Shown: piece by piece, positions 30,689 through 46,175 of the stretch
Position numbering within the stretch: position 1 is the stretch's first letter
Layout: each line of letters begins with the position of its first letter
Assembly: GCA_964016885.1 (NCBI GenBank)
Contig: OZ024743.1
Location: 82,646,001-82,710,000, forward strand
Reading direction: 5' to 3'
From: Eledone cirrhosa
Lineage: Eukaryota
Length of the DNA: 64,000 nucleotides
Notes under the pieces: generated by a model
The model's input: only the letters and a program-made list of their open reading frames with translations
What the model was told of the DNA's origin: nothing
Databases searched by the model: none
Made by a program: the position numbers and the translations under genes

Positions 30689-30871
30689 TAACAAAGGAAA
30701 TGTGGTAAGGAACCAGAGTACTCAATACTTAGAGTAGTAGAGTGGGAAATAGGAAAAACTATGACCCCGACGGCAGAGCTCAAGCCGTTTCGAGGGCTAT
30801 TTCTGGACTGTTGAGTCCAGAAATAGCTGGCGAAATGGCTTGAGCTCTGCCGTCGGAGTCATACTTTTTCC
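30689..30871 (-). mobile_element. Family A mini-element with inverted arm and an internal tail deletion
   Basis: Palindrome centre CTGGACT-gttg-AGTCCAG; TA-flanked. Confidence 0.85.
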
Positions 30872-30902
<31 letters not shown>

Positions 30903-31026
30903 ATTTATATATATATATGTACTTTTTTCTATGTATATATTTATATATAATTTTCAAGGGCGGTCTCCCAACATGGCCTCAGCAGGATGGCTGGAACAGG
31001 TAAAAGAGTATATATATATTTGTATA

Positions 31027-31097
<71 letters not shown>

Positions 31098-31262
31098 TTA
31101 TTTACTTATTTATATAAACATATATTTATTTAAATATATATATTTATATAAACATATATTTATTTAAATATATATATTTATATAAATGTATATTAATTTA
31201 ATTATATATATTTATATAAACAAATATTTATATACATCTCTTTATATATATTTATATAAACA

Positions 31263-31450
31263 TATCATCATCATCATCATCGTTTAACGTCCATGTTCCA
31301 TGCTAGCATGGGTTTTGACGGGAGTTTTCCCACTTGAGGCAAGAGTGGTTGTCTTGCTCGCATAGGACTGTCTGGCGGGTTTTCTACAGCTGGATGCCCT
31401 TCCTAACACCAACCACATTTACAGTGTGGGACTGGGAGGTTTTTACCGTG
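31263..31450 (-). mobile_element. SINE/LINE 3' end with (ATG)n tail (possibly RTE-related)
   Basis: (CAT)nCGTTTAACGTC...GGATGCCCTTCCTAACACCAACCAC; homologues at 44311-44483 and 30381-30441. Confidence 0.6.
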
Positions 31451-31550
31451 TTATAAATAAATTTATATATTTATATATATACGTTTATACATATTTATTC
31501 ATATATATTTATTCATATAAACATATATAGATATTTATATATTTATCGAC

Positions 31551-31743
31551 AGTCGAGCGACTTTGGTCAAATCGGACCGAGGAAACAATGTTTCCATTGA
31601 TATTTCCAATGGCTAATACTATCTATGGGATGCAACTCCAGACAGAAGGTGCAACGTGAAATAAAGTGTCTTGCTCAAGGACATAGCGCATCGCACGGGC
31701 CGAGAATCGAACTCACAACTTCATGATTGCGAATCCGACTCTT
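31551..31743 (-). mobile_element. SINE type 1, 5'-truncated
   Basis: Reverse-complement homologue of 7940-8130. Confidence 0.8.
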
Positions 31744-31877
31744 TCTTATATAGTCACACTTTACTATCCCATTTATCTTACTAGCTTACTACCGAATTAC
31801 TTGCTACAGTAAGATATATTTGAAAAAAGAAGAATGTCTTTCCTGGTGTTTGGTAATATTTCCAGTCTTTAGAGTAT

Positions 31878-32062
31878 TGGTGGATTGGCAGTATCGATAG
31901 AGGGTCGGACACCATGCTTTGCAGCAAAGAATTACAACCCTTTATGGTCTGAGTTTAAATCCCGCCGAGGTTAACTTTGTTTTTCATCCTTACGGGGTCG
32001 ATAAAATAAAGTACCAGTAATACACTGGGATAATTGCTGGCCTTGTGCCAAACGTAGAAACA
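31878..32062 (+). mobile_element. SINE type 2, near full length
   Basis: GGTGGATTGGCAGTATCG head, GAGTTTAAATCCCGCC, central domain and GGCCTTGTGCCAAA tail. Confidence 0.8.
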
Positions 32063-32126
32063 GTTATTGATATGACTTACTGTAAAGATTTGAACTATTT
32101 ATGAATACCAACAAGTCATTCTCTTG

Positions 32127-32230
<104 letters not shown>

Positions 32231-33411
32231 CTGTGTCTGTCTGTGTGCACAGTTTACGAAAGTCACCGAAGTTATTTCAGCGACCTCCGACCATGACCCA
32301 CTCACTCAATGAGAGAATAAGCTTGCGGTTGTGAAACTACATCTCAATATTGTGAGTGCACATTTTATTCATAGTTAATCAGTGACTACAGTGGCGTGTG
32401 TCTGTGTAATTCTCACATTGCTCAATACATAGAACTCTTCTACACAGATTATATTTCTTAACTCTCTTTCATACTATCCCACCTGAAATTATCCCACCTT
32501 TCTTATAAAAAATTCTGCTGTAAAATTTCGCATTTAAATACAAACCTATTATTATAAAAGCCTTGTGTTACGTTCGAAACATCAATTTCATATTGCAAAT
32601 TCTTCTAAATATTCATTATTTTCAAAACAAATTGAATCACATAGGCAGGTTCTTTTTTAACCCATAACATCCTGTAATGAATTAGAAAAATATATCTTAA
32701 AAACAGGTTTGTTAATCCAAATGTTTAAAGTATCTTTACTGGTGGACAGATTGTTGTGAAATGCGTTACAAGAATATTTTATAGTTTTCAAGAATGTCTT
32801 ACTAATATGGTTTAATATGGTTCACTAATTCAAATGTTTACAGTAAATTTACCAGCGAACAGATCGTTATGAAAATTTGCAGTCAAAATGTTGTTTGCAC
32901 TCCTCAAAAATGTCTTTCTAATGTCGTTTGTTAATTAACATTTTTCAAACATCTTTAATGATACCATATGTTTTGTACTTTTTACGAATGTTTCACTGTG
33001 GTTTCATGCGGTACAGGACGTTAAAAGTTAATAAAAAATATCCCCTTGGCAATTCTACCAAAATATTTTTTCTATTCTTTTTAAATTTTCGAATTCATCT
33101 TTTTTCCGACATATTTTACATTTTCTGTAATTTTCAAATATAATTTGCATCCTCTCCCCTTCTCTCTCGCCACACACACACACACACACACAAACATATA
33201 TCCGTCTACTTATCTATTTATCTTATCTTTACTTTAGTCTCTTGCCCTACCTTCCTCACTCTGTCTCTATATGTAGTTGGTGTTTTATACGGTAAGTTTA
33301 GGTAAACAAATGTACATGTCATAACTTGACCTTTCATTATCCACACACAGACACACACACACACACACACACACACACGCGCGCGTGTGTGTGTGTGCGT
33401 GTTCGTGTGTG

Positions 33412-33541
33412 AGCAGATCCTGTGTTAATTCAGGTGTAACAACAGTGAAAAAGGCACTTAATGTAGAGTGAAAACATATCAGTAATTTAATATAGGAATG
33501 GCATCTACGGGACTAGAACTGTTTCATTCGTAGGAAATCAT
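33412..33541 (-). mobile_element. Family B mini-element, diverged
   Basis: CTACGGGACTAGAACTGTTTCATTCGTAGGAAATCAT is the antisense of a family B HHR truncated in its core. Confidence 0.65.
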
Positions 33542-33949
33542 ATACATATATTTATATATCCACACCGTGTGTCGGAGAACCGATAAATAAAGTACGAATT
33601 CAGTTCTTAATGTCTTGAGTTCAGATTCTACATACATCTGCCAGATGTGACTACCAGATGGTTTCAGGAATAGACTGGAAACATTTCCTTAGTACGATTT
33701 AATCAGTTTGATCTTTGTCCTGGAGTTTCAACCGACAGACATCATCAGCAATGAAATGACCAATGGAAACATTATTAATTCTTTCGTTCGACCTTACGAT
33801 TGGTTCCCTTCCTTTTCCTTATTGATTAGTGATCTTATTGATCAGTAAGGGATTTTTACAGACATGATCCTCAAAAAATCTCCCTTTTGTTCTTAAATTT
33901 TAGAGTTTCTTGTTATTTTACATTCTAGTCTTAAGACCACACGCACACG

Positions 33950-34001
<52 letters not shown>

Positions 34002-34640
34002 TAATTTTAAAAATAATTATTATGAATTTGAAAGAATATAATAAAACTGACTAATTATTAAGTTGGTGTTGGGATCATAACTTAACAAAGGTCCTCAATT
34101 ATGGGAGGTTTGGATAAATATAAACACTTGAAAATAAACAGATTTGTATTGTAGAAACACGAACAATTTCAGGGAATTTGGTAGGAAAATGATTCATAGC
34201 TCAACCTTTGGTACCACTGACCCAGCCAAAACGACCTCTAGTTCTATGAAATAAAAGCACCCATTTTAAAATGGACCCAAATTGAATTAAAACCTTCCAA
34301 CAGCCCTCCCTATAATAAAACGTCATATAAAATGAAGTGTTTAGCACAAAGGACACAAAATACCGCCCTGTCCATGAAATGAACTCACGACCTTTTCATT
34401 GCGAGTCGAACATCATAACTACTATGCTACATGCCTTCATATATTATATAGATAATTTGTGAGAAGAGCACAAAGCTTTTTAATATATCTAACGATAACA
34501 ACATTATCAGACAGTGGTTTATTCCATATCATCCGAGAAGGAAAGATGACAAGCATGGAAGATAGGAAATATCCTTAATAGCAATTACTGAAATATAATA
34601 TTTTTAAAGAATTTTATAATTGTAATGGTACGTATTCACA

Positions 34641-34719
<79 letters not shown>

Positions 34720-34772
34720 TATATATTATATATATATATATTATATATTATATATATATATTATATATATTA

Positions 34773-34853
<81 letters not shown>

Positions 34854-35162
34854 ATCTGTGTGTATGATCTGTGTGTAATGTATGGTGTAATTATTACAAC
34901 GCAGTCGTCATTAATGTAAATGTGTAGGTTTGGTTTTTTGTGCAGTTTTTGAGAAATAATTTACAGATAAAATATAATTAAGAATAATTAAATAAATGAA
35001 AAGGCGGAATACAAAATTATATATATATGTATATATATATCCATTATCGTGTTCAACATAATCTATACCCACACCCATATTATACATAATTTCAAAGGCA
35101 GCTGAAATGAATGAAAACTATATATATGTAGATGTATATATATATGTGTGTGTGTCTGTGTG

Positions 35163-35257
<95 letters not shown>

Positions 35258-35425
35258 TGTGCTTGTGTATGTATACACACACATTCGTACATATCTGTGT
35301 GTGTGAATAACCTTCTAGACAACGGGGATCGGAAATATAATCAAACACACACATATATACGCATAAATACATCTACATACATATAGGCTACAATTTGTCT
35401 TATAACATCTATGCTATCCACAAAA

Positions 35426-35485
<60 letters not shown>

Positions 35486-35695
35486 GAACGTTTCTTATTT
35501 TTTTTTTTTGGTGGGAAAAACATTTTATATTAAAGACTCCGGTCTTTTTTTAAAGGATTTTTTTTGATTCCCTTATTAGTCCCACTAGAGAACTAATATG
35601 ACAATCTCTTCATAAAAAGATTAAACTGCAACATAGTCGTGTTTTTATAACCACGCAGGTATGTTTATAAAGGAAACCGGGAAAAATGGAATGTA

Positions 35696-35780
<85 letters not shown>

Positions 35781-36225
35781 GGTGTGTATGTGTATATATG
35801 TGTGTATATGTATGTATGTATATATATGTATATGTGTTAGTGTGTATGTATATATATATATATACACACACTTACGTATGAGAGAGATGCAATATTAAAT
35901 GTATATATATTTACGAGAGGTTTGGATATTAAATGTGTTTATTTCTATAACGGTGTCTTCCCACGCCAATTTACGGCGGTAAACACGTAAATAAACTCTT
36001 TCAGCTCCCAACCCTTCCAATATTTCCAAATACCATAAATAGGGTCCACCACCTCATCTCCACCCCCATACATCATACACTTGTCTTCGTTCATTATAAA
36101 CTGAAGCAACACACACTGTCAACTTTTGGTCTTTCATTCTATCATTCTATATATTACACACATTTCCCATTACTTTAGAAACGTCTGCTCCCTTCTTACA
36201 ACACTCACTCGTGTCAAAGCATGTT

Positions 36226-36330
<105 letters not shown>

Positions 36331-36481
36331 CTATCCCAGGTAACGAGTACTCTGTTGAGCAATGGTCCAACCAGTTTCAAACTAAATCTGTTATATATAA
36401 CATGCTTTATATTTGTGTATGTGTATATACTTATATTTTATATATATATGTGTGTGTATATATAACATGCTCTATATGTGA

Positions 36482-36589
<108 letters not shown>

Positions 36590-36717
36590 CATACATACTA
36601 AAACACTTACTATCCCAAACTAGACGTAAAGAACTAAGTAAATAGGAAAAAATCCTTATTAAAAATCATCAAATTGGGACACAATTGTGTTTTCTACATG
36701 TGAAAGAACAGTTGTTT

Positions 36718-36794
<77 letters not shown>

Positions 36795-36806
36795 ATATAT
36801 ATATAT

Positions 36807-37078
36807 GGGGGGAGTAGAGTCTGGTTAAATTCTCTCTCTTTATATATATATATATATATACTTGGGGGGAGTAGAGTCTGGTTAAATTATAATAGAGTCG
36901 GAACCCGACTCTATATATATTCGAACTGCTCACAGAATAGATGAAAAACATTATGCTGTTGAAACAGCAAGCGCTCAGCCGTCGGGTTCCGACTCTATTA
37001 TAATTTAACCAGACTCTACTCCCCCCAAGTATCGAGTACTCTATTGAGCAATTGTCTAACCAGTTTCGAACTGCGTTC
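36807..37078 (+). mobile_element. Family G (family A relative) with duplicated inverted arm
   Basis: GAAACAGC-aagcgctca-GCCGTC-GGGTTC; hairpin ACTC-TACT-cccccca-AGTA-TC-GAGTAC at 37013-37039; tail also present at 36331-36392. Confidence 0.75.
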
Positions 37079-37093
37079 ATATATATATATATG

Positions 37094-37126
<33 letters not shown>

Positions 37127-37555
37127 TAAAATAACAGATTACAGTTTAAGCAAAGAATCGCTGCTTTCACCCTTCTTCAAATTTATTATTATTACTATAT
37201 ATATGTATGTGTATGTGTGTGATGTAATGTAATGCATGTGTGCGATTTGTTTTTGTGCCAAGTACCACAAGGTATGATTTTAACTATAACACTCGTATTT
37301 GAAAATGAGTTCGGTATATAACTTCTTGGGGCGGAAGAACACGGACAGAATCAACTGTGGAATTATATATATATATAGCAAAGATATAGATTGAAATCAA
37401 TTATATCGATCTCATTATTAGTTAAAATGTTCAATGAACATGAAGGGCTAATAGGCAAAATAGGAGAACATAATTTACACAATATTATTAGGGTATGACA
37501 GTACAAAACAAGAAATGTAAGCAAAACTACACACACAGATATATATATATATGTA

Positions 37556-37593
<38 letters not shown>

Positions 37594-37594
37594 C

Positions 37595-37646
<52 letters not shown>

Positions 37647-37711
37647 GTAAAACACTGGAAGGTAATATCCGTAGGGGGAGAGCACTATATATATATATAT
37701 ATGTATGTATG

Positions 37712-37778
<67 letters not shown>

Positions 37779-37783
37779 GGTGT

Positions 37784-37920
37784 GTCTTGTTACTCTGGAG
37801 TTTCGCCTGTTTATCACAGGGTCATCGGATAATATATATATATATATTTTCCGATGACCCTGTGATAAGCAGGCGAAACTCCAGAGTAACAAGACTCACT
37901 ATTTAGCCACAATAAATAAA
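37784..37920. mobile_element. Family C HHR pair (core CCGAUGA) inverted around a (TA)n tract
   Basis: Plus strand: CCGATGA-C-CCTG-tgataag-CAGG-C-GAAAC-TCCAGA-GTA-ACAAGAC at 37851-37895; reverse complement at 37784-37828. Confidence 0.75.
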
Positions 37921-37933
37921 TATGTGTGTGTGT

Positions 37934-38072
37934 GTTCTCTAGTGGCGTGAGGGGGTGTCACAGTTAATGAAAGTACTCAATATCTAGGCAGAGTATAGGC
38001 ATCTTTATAATCTATATCGAAATGATTTCTACAATACTTGTACTGTTTCATTCGTATGAAATCATCAGGACA
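37934..38072 (-). mobile_element. Family B mini-element, diverged, HHR core retained
   Basis: Minus strand: CTGATGA-TTTC-atac-GAAT-GAAACAG-tacaagta-TTGTA-G, then ACTC-TGC..ATA-TT-GAGTAC. Confidence 0.7.
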
Positions 38073-38183
38073 TTATATATAGGAGAAAGTTGTCCCAATT
38101 GTAAATCGTGAAAGCAGTTTATTCACAATAGAAACACTATTGTCGTACAATAAAGAAAAGACGCTAAACACATTTTTTAAAGA

Positions 38184-38229
<46 letters not shown>

Positions 38230-38460
38230 ATGTTTCTTTTATATCTATATCCCTCTCGCTATTTCCCCCTCCTCTCTCACCCCTACTCACTTTCTCTTTA
38301 CATATGTCTTATTTTTTCCTGTCATTTTCTTCCTCTCTCTGTCTTTCTCCCACCACTTCAAGAGAGTGGAAGCCTCTGTAAAGTCACAGCCTGCTAGAAA
38401 TAGGAGCCAAATCTCCTCCTAAAACACACACTACTGAGACCTTAAGTTTTCTTTACATTG

Positions 38461-38504
<44 letters not shown>

Positions 38505-38574
38505 AAACGGGATAGCCGTGACTGGAATGTCTTTGATCACAGGTCTAATCGATCAATGCTGACCTGATGTTAAA

Positions 38575-38667
<93 letters not shown>

Positions 38668-39043
38668 CCATTGCCATCAATAATTAATTAGTTCCAGTGC
38701 CTGCTTTCTTTTCAAATTTGTAAATATATAGTTATTGCAATAACAATCCTATAAACCCAAACATGAAGTTTCTGGAAATCATGGCTGCATCAGAACAGAC
38801 ATTTAAACTATATAGGGGATTAAACCATCTAATATTTCGTTCACCATTGTGATTTTTTTAGTATTAGTGTTGTTCTCTATATATAATGTATTCTTTGAAT
38901 GTGTCATTGTAATAATGTAGAGAGTGTTTACAGGATTCCACGCCAAACTCTGAGGTATGCACTTACTAATATTATTAACTAAATTTCTAAGGATTAAAGG
39001 GATGGTTCGAAATTATATTTACTGAAAATTCTTGTTACGTTGG

Positions 39044-39097
<54 letters not shown>

Positions 39098-39607
39098 GTG
39101 TGTGTGTGTGTGTGTGTTTGTGCGTGCGTGTGAGGGAGGGAGGGAAAGAAAGAAATGTACATGTTATTTGATTAAAAACACGTTCTTTTTATGGTTTATT
39201 ATATCAAATGTTTCTTATTTCCTCATTAATTCTATCGTTGATGTTGTTCTTCTTATTCTTATTAGTGACATTATCAACGAGCAGAGCGTGTATAAGTTTT
39301 AACTGTATTAGGTGTTTGTGTGAGGGAGAAGTGAAATCTTCGGTCAATTTCATCGGCAATTTTTAAAAACGCATAACCCTAACCGATGGAATTAATAAGT
39401 AGGAAATTTGAAAGATATGAACAAGCTGTTTTTCAATTATACATACATAGATATGCGTGAGTGTATATAAATTATGTATATATAAATTATACATATATAG
39501 ATATGTGTGAGTGTATATAAATTATGTCCAATGCTTAATTAAATTCGTGAATGTATAAGGTACTATATTAAATTCTATTAATGCGAAAATTTGCAATTAT
39601 AGATATG

Positions 39608-39644
<37 letters not shown>

Positions 39645-39650
39645 TGTATG

Positions 39651-39713
<63 letters not shown>

Positions 39714-39844
39714 ATGTGTGTGTGTGTGTGTGTGTGTGATTATGTCCACATAAACAGAAATCTTGAGATTCAGCAGATATGTGAGATTAGGCCGTGGGAG
39801 TTACTGCCTCAGAACGTGTCATCCAACCCATCACAATGAATCAT

Positions 39845-41150
39845 CACACACACATACAAACACACTCACACACATACATACAAACACACTCACTCACACA
39901 CATCTACAAACAGACTCACGCCCACACATACACATACAAACACACACACACATACAAACACACTCACACCCACACATACATACAAACACACTCACACCCA
40001 CACTCACACACATACAAACACACTCACACACATACACACAAACACACTCACTCACACACATATATACAAACACACTCACACCCACACATACACATACAAA
40101 CACACTCACACACACACACATGCAAACACACTCACACCCACACATACAAACACACACACACACACATACATACAAACACACTCACCCACACATACACATA
40201 CATTGACATATTTCTTTCAATACAGTGAAGAAAAAAACAGCAATCATTACATTAAATATGTGAACGTCTCTGAAACGTATGTATGTGTGTGTATATATGT
40301 GTGTGTGTATGTATGTGAGATATATGTGTGTATGTATGTGAGATATATGTGTGTGTATGTATGTGAGATATATGTGTGTATGTGTGTGTGTGTATGTGAG
40401 ATATATGTGTGTGTATGTGAGATATATGTGTGTGTGTATGTATGTGAGATATATGTGTGTGTATGTATGTGAGATATATATGTGTGTATGTGTGTGTGTA
40501 TGTGAGATATATGTGTGTGTGTATGTATGTGAGATATATATATGTGTGTGTATGTATGTGAGATATATGTGTGTGTATGTATGAGATATATGTGTGTGTA
40601 TGTATGTAAGATATATATATATATATATGTGTGTGTGTATGTGAGATATATATATGTATGTATGTGAGATATATGTGTGTGTGTATGTGAGATATATGTG
40701 TGTATGTATGTGAGATATATGTGTGTGTATGTATGTGAGATATATATGTGTGTGTATGTATGTGAGATATATATGTGTGTGTGTATGTGTGTGTATGTGA
40801 GATATATGTGTGTGTGTATGTATGTGAGATATATGTGTGTGTGTGTATGTATGTGAGATATATATATATATATGTGTGTATGTGTGTGAGATATATATGT
40901 GTGTATGTATGTGAGATATATATATGTGTGTGTGTATGTATGTGAGAGATATATGTGTGTGTGTATGTATGTGAGTATATATATATATATATATGTGTGT
41001 GTATGGATGTGAGTATATATATATATATATGTGTGTATGTATGTGAGTATATATATATGTGTGTGTGTATGTATGAGTATATATATGTGTGTGTATGGGA
41101 GTATATATATGTGTGTGAGTATATATATATGTGTGTGTATGTATGTGAGT
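39845..41150. repeat. Compound CA/TG-based minisatellites (two blocks)
   Basis: ACAAACACACTCACAC-type block at 39845-40200 and ATGTGAGATATATGTGTG-type block at 40280-41150. Confidence 0.9.
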
Positions 41151-41212
41151 ATATGACACATCACCACATATATATATATATATGTGAGTATATGCACACA
41201 TCGCCGCATATT

Positions 41213-41274
<62 letters not shown>

Positions 41275-41299
41275 TTTATTTGAATATATGACACATCGC

Positions 41300-41332
<33 letters not shown>

Positions 41333-41342
41333 GCGCGCGCGT

Positions 41343-41380
<38 letters not shown>

Positions 41381-41951
41381 ATATATGCACACATCGCGCC
41401 TATTTATATATATACATATATATACATATATATATATATACGTTTGGAGTTGTAAGGCCAAAACAATGCAGGTATGGATATAGAATATAAATACAAATGC
41501 AAAAGATATTGCTGACAATTAGTCTTTTACCTTAAATTTATTTGAATATCCATAATTTTCGAGATAATATCTCTTCTTCGGGGGGAAGTAAAGGGGTTAA
41601 TCCAGTGTTCTAATTACCTTGCCAAGTCATGCTGACAGGAAATAGTATAGAAATTCCATTCTATTTCTAATGTCAAAGAGTGAAGGTTAGGTGGATAAAG
41701 GGTTGTCTCCCTTTAAAAGGGTTTGGACATGTATGTCTAAGTATGTGTGGGAGAATACGTGAAGGTGTAAGCATGCGTGTGTGTGAGTGTGAGAGGACAT
41801 GTTTATATGTAAATGTGGGAGCTAGATGCTCTATCATGTTAAAACTGGTCTATGTGTGTGTGTGGGAGAGAATAAGTGAAGGTGTAAGTGTGTGCGCGTG
41901 TGTGTGTGTGAGATGGTACGTGGAGGTGTAAGTGTGGGGCTATGTGCTCTA

Positions 41952-42300
41952 TCATGTTAAAAATTGGGTGTTGAGTTCTAGTCTATTATTGATTGGTGGT
42001 TGTGTTTTGTCTATAATTAGTGCTTCTTTAATTCTAAGATTGCCGGGGTTTCTTTCTTTAGCTTCTATCCTAACTGTTATGTTTTTGTCGGTGTTTTTGC
42101 ATTTCACTAGGTGTTTCTTAAATGAGGAAGCGTTAGTATTGAGGTGTTCTTTTATTCTAATGTGAAGTGGTCTGGTGGTGGTACCTACGTAGAGGTTGCT
42201 GCATTTGTCGCACTCTAATCTGTAGACGACGTAAGCCTGGTGCCATAGGTCTGTGTCGTCGATGGGGCAGTTTGCTAGCCTGCAGCGGCTGTCATGTCTG
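41952..42300 (-). pseudogene. Penelope-like retroelement GIY-YIG endonuclease domain (ORF 3' end, 5'-truncated)
   Basis: CRLANCPI...VVYRLECDKCSNLYVGTTTRPLHIRIKEH...KKH...IKEALII...PPINNRLE has the VVY/YVG/R/E/N pattern of PLE GIY-YIG; cut by a microsatellite upstream; no RT present. Confidence 0.85.
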
Positions 42301-42352
42301 GTGGAGTATCTTTTATATATATATCTGTGTGTGTGTGTGTGTGAAAGAGCAT

Positions 42353-42510
42353 TATGTAGACTCGGAGTAGAATCGGGGGTACTCACAGTTCAATTAAATA
42401 AGATACTCAATATGTTAGTAAAGACATCAGTATTTAATATTGAAATGGCTCCTACAGGCCTAGAACTGTTTCATTCGTATGAAATCATCGGGAATGCCTT
42501 CATGATTTCA
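42353..42510 (-). mobile_element. Family B mini-element directly upstream of the GIY-YIG relic, same strand
   Basis: Minus strand: GGCATTC-CCGATGA-TTTC-atac-GAAT-GAAACAG-ttctaggc-CTGTA-GGAGCC, then a decayed hairpin ending ATA-TT-GAGTA. Confidence 0.7.
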
Positions 42511-42524
42511 TCTCACTCTCACTA

Positions 42525-42567
<43 letters not shown>

Positions 42568-42647
42568 GAGGACGTTTCTTGTATTCGTCTTATCCGGGAA
42601 ACCTCTGGTAATGAGGTAATTATATTGTATTGTTTATTATACATTAT

Positions 42648-42713
<66 letters not shown>

Positions 42714-42716
42714 TGT

Positions 42717-42795
<79 letters not shown>

Positions 42796-42881
42796 AAGGG
42801 AGAGAAAGACAGATACAAGCTATATACATCTATAAAAAACATTTTCACCCTTTCAAGTTCTGAATGTCGTGCATTGCCAGC

Positions 42882-42970
<89 letters not shown>

Positions 42971-43167
42971 CCCTCCTAAGCCCTGTCAGTCTGTCTGTCT
43001 ATCAGTGTGACATATTACATTATAAACCACCATTATTTACTATACAATGTCTACCTTTAACAACACATTGAAACACTAAACTTGCACCTAGATAACCCTT
43101 TCAATATACCCCACCCCACTATATATATCCTGTGTATAGAAGTATTTATACACCGATATACATAGGT

Positions 43168-43230
<63 letters not shown>

Positions 43231-44547
43231 CACCTATGTATATCGGTGTATAAATACTTCTATAGTGGTGGTGGTGGTTTTGGTAGAAGTGGTGGTAGTG
43301 GTGGTGGTGGTGGTGGTAGTTTTGGTAGAAGTGGTGGTGGTTTTGGTACAAGTGGTGGTGGTGGTGGTGCTGCTGCAGTTGATTTTACTTTTGTTATTTT
43401 TGCAAGCTTTCCGTCAAGTCTGCAAATAAAACACACTCGTGTACACGTGTGTGTGTGTGTTTATAATTGTGAGTGTGCATGTGTGTATATGTATATAATT
43501 GTGTGTGGTATTCTAAATATTGGCCAATATTGTGGTTTATTGTGACAATTGAAATAAGTATTGTTGTTGTTATTGAGGTTGATGTTGTTGTTGTTGTTGA
43601 TGAGGTTGTTGTTTATGTTGTTGTTGTGGTGGTGGTTTATGTTGTAAACCTGATGTAATCTACTTGAGATATATTTACATTAACACCATACAAGTAAACT
43701 GCAACCAAATAGCTTTCAGTCGACCAAGCCTTCTTGATTAGATTGATAGACAGAAACTGTGTGGAAGCCCTTACCTGTAACTGAAAGAGCTAGCCATGTT
43801 ACGCTGAATCTCCCTGACAAATTACATTGAAGGTACATGTCTCTGGAATGCTCAGCCCCTTGCTCAATAATTACAAGATTGTTTCAGAGTCAAATTTACT
43901 GAAGACACTGTTTCCCACTGAATCTCGCTGAATCTCTCTGAGAACCACGTCAAGGGTACACGTGAGGGTGGAATATTCAGCCACTTACATTATCATACAA
44001 CATTGATTGTATCAGTAATTCAAGGGCGGCAGCCTTGTCACCCTCAGAATTACATTCATAATACACGTGACTGTGGAATTCTTGTATTAATTATACTAGG
44101 AATCCGTTCCCTTGATCAATCAATTACAGCAGCCATCGTCGATTCGGACGAAGGTCCATCCCACTCTTCTCCCCATCCATTAAAGACCAGCAGTCAAACA
44201 AGGACATTCTTGCATCTTTCTTACTTCAATAAAAAAAAATGTTTAATCGTTTACCGAGCTCATTTGAATATGTTAATGTAAGTACAGCGTCGTACATAGC
44301 TCATTTGAATATCATCATCATCATCGTTTAACGTCTATCTTGCACGCTAGCATGGGTTTAGACGGGAATTGTCCTGCTTGAGGCAAGATTGGTCGGGTGA
44401 CCATGTCTCGTTAGTATAGGACTGTCTGGCAGGTTTTCTACGGTTGGATGCCCTTCCTAACACCAACCACGTTTACAGTGTGGATATGATAATGTAAAGT
44501 ACATTTTCTCTCTTTATTTCTTACCATCTTTGGACTGTTTATGTGTG

Positions 44548-44636
<89 letters not shown>

Positions 44637-44761
44637 ATATATATATATATATATATGTGTGTATCTATATATATGTATATAAATATATGTATATATATAT
44701 ATGTATAGATATTTATATGTATGTATATGTATACATGTATGTATATGTATACATGTACATG

Positions 44762-44800
<39 letters not shown>

Positions 44801-44925
44801 ATATATATATGTGTATATATATATATGTATATATCTATATATATGTATGTATATGTATATATGCATGTATATGTATATATGCATGTATATATATATATGT
44901 ATGTATATATGTATGTATATATGTG

Positions 44926-44978
<53 letters not shown>

Positions 44979-45319
44979 GTATGTATATATATACATCTAT
45001 ATATATATACATATACATATATATATATGTATGTATGTATATATATACATATATATATTTAATTATGTATGTATATATATATACACATATATGTATGTAT
45101 ATGTATATATATATATATATGTATATATATACATGTATGTATATATATATATGTATATATACATGTATGTATGTATATATATACATATATATGTATGTAT
45201 GTATATATATACATATACATATATATATATGTATATATATACATATATTTATATACATATATATACATACATATATATATATACATATATATATATATAT
45301 GTATGTATGTATATATATA

Positions 45320-45600
45320 GGTCAGGTCACCACTTGGTGCTACTGGTAACATGTATCCCAGTACAACCTGTTTCATGGTCGAGTCGTTTGCAACTAAACT
45401 GGCAACCCCATCAAGGTTTCTTGGTGAGGAGGGTGACTTTGGACATCCTGCAGGACTAAAAACAAACATGTCAAAGGGCAAAGGAGCTCTTAAGAGTCAA
45501 TGGCCATCCGAAATCACCGGGAGAGATGACCCCTTAGCCTTTGTCAAGGCAGAATTCTAGGAGAAGGAAAACTCTGATATAACACCTGCAACCCTGATGG
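45320..45600 (+). mobile_element. Possible RTE-clade LINE 5' UTR relic
   Basis: CTAGGAGAAGGAAAACTCTGA at about 45557-45577 resembles a motif I recall from RTE 5' UTRs; no ORF follows. Confidence 0.35.
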
Positions 45601-46142
45601 TATCCAATGATGTTGACTTGTTCTTCTTTTTGGTAAATATCATCTTGGTTAAGAGAGTGGGACTGGCTTTGTGCAGTGTCTTTGCTCACTATAAAAGCTT
45701 CATGGCACAGGCATTGCTTTATATCTGGAGATCTCTCTGCACTTGTCGTCACATGGTACTATGGGCCCAGCACTATGTGTCAATAATTGTCACAAGTGTA
45801 GTGTTTGTACCAGAGTTTTCAAGTCGCTGGCTGGACTAAAAAGTCACACTCGTTCAGCGCACCGGTAGGGGTTCTCCTACATGGATATAAAGTAGTGGCC
45901 GTACTCGAAAACGAGTTGGCAGCCACCATATATATATATATACATATACATATATATATATATTTATATTTAATTTTTCAAAGAAAAAATTTTTTTAATG
46001 AAATTTAAATCCTGTTGACACTATCAATCAATCAATCTCTCTCTCTCTCCGCACTGTCTACTACTACTACTACTACTACTACTACTAAGACCACCACCAC
46101 CACTATTACTACTACTACCACTACTACAACTACCACCACTAT

Positions 46143-46175
<33 letters not shown>

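Noticed and set aside
36955-36968. Apparent covariation GCCGU-CGAA-ACGGC (family A) versus GCUGU-UGAA-ACAGC (family G), suggesting a novel ribozyme hairpin
   Set aside because: The differences are CpG-type transitions, and ACGGC pairs equally with the downstream GCCGU to give a canonical HHR stem III ending in GUC.
43246-43545. Gly-rich ORF resembling an RNA-binding or cuticle protein tail
   Set aside because: It derives from a (GGT)n microsatellite that begins inside a fold-back arm.
45610-45925. Possible LINE endonuclease fragment on the minus strand
   Set aside because: I could not recover diagnostic APE motifs such as YAP or GDFN in any frame by eye.
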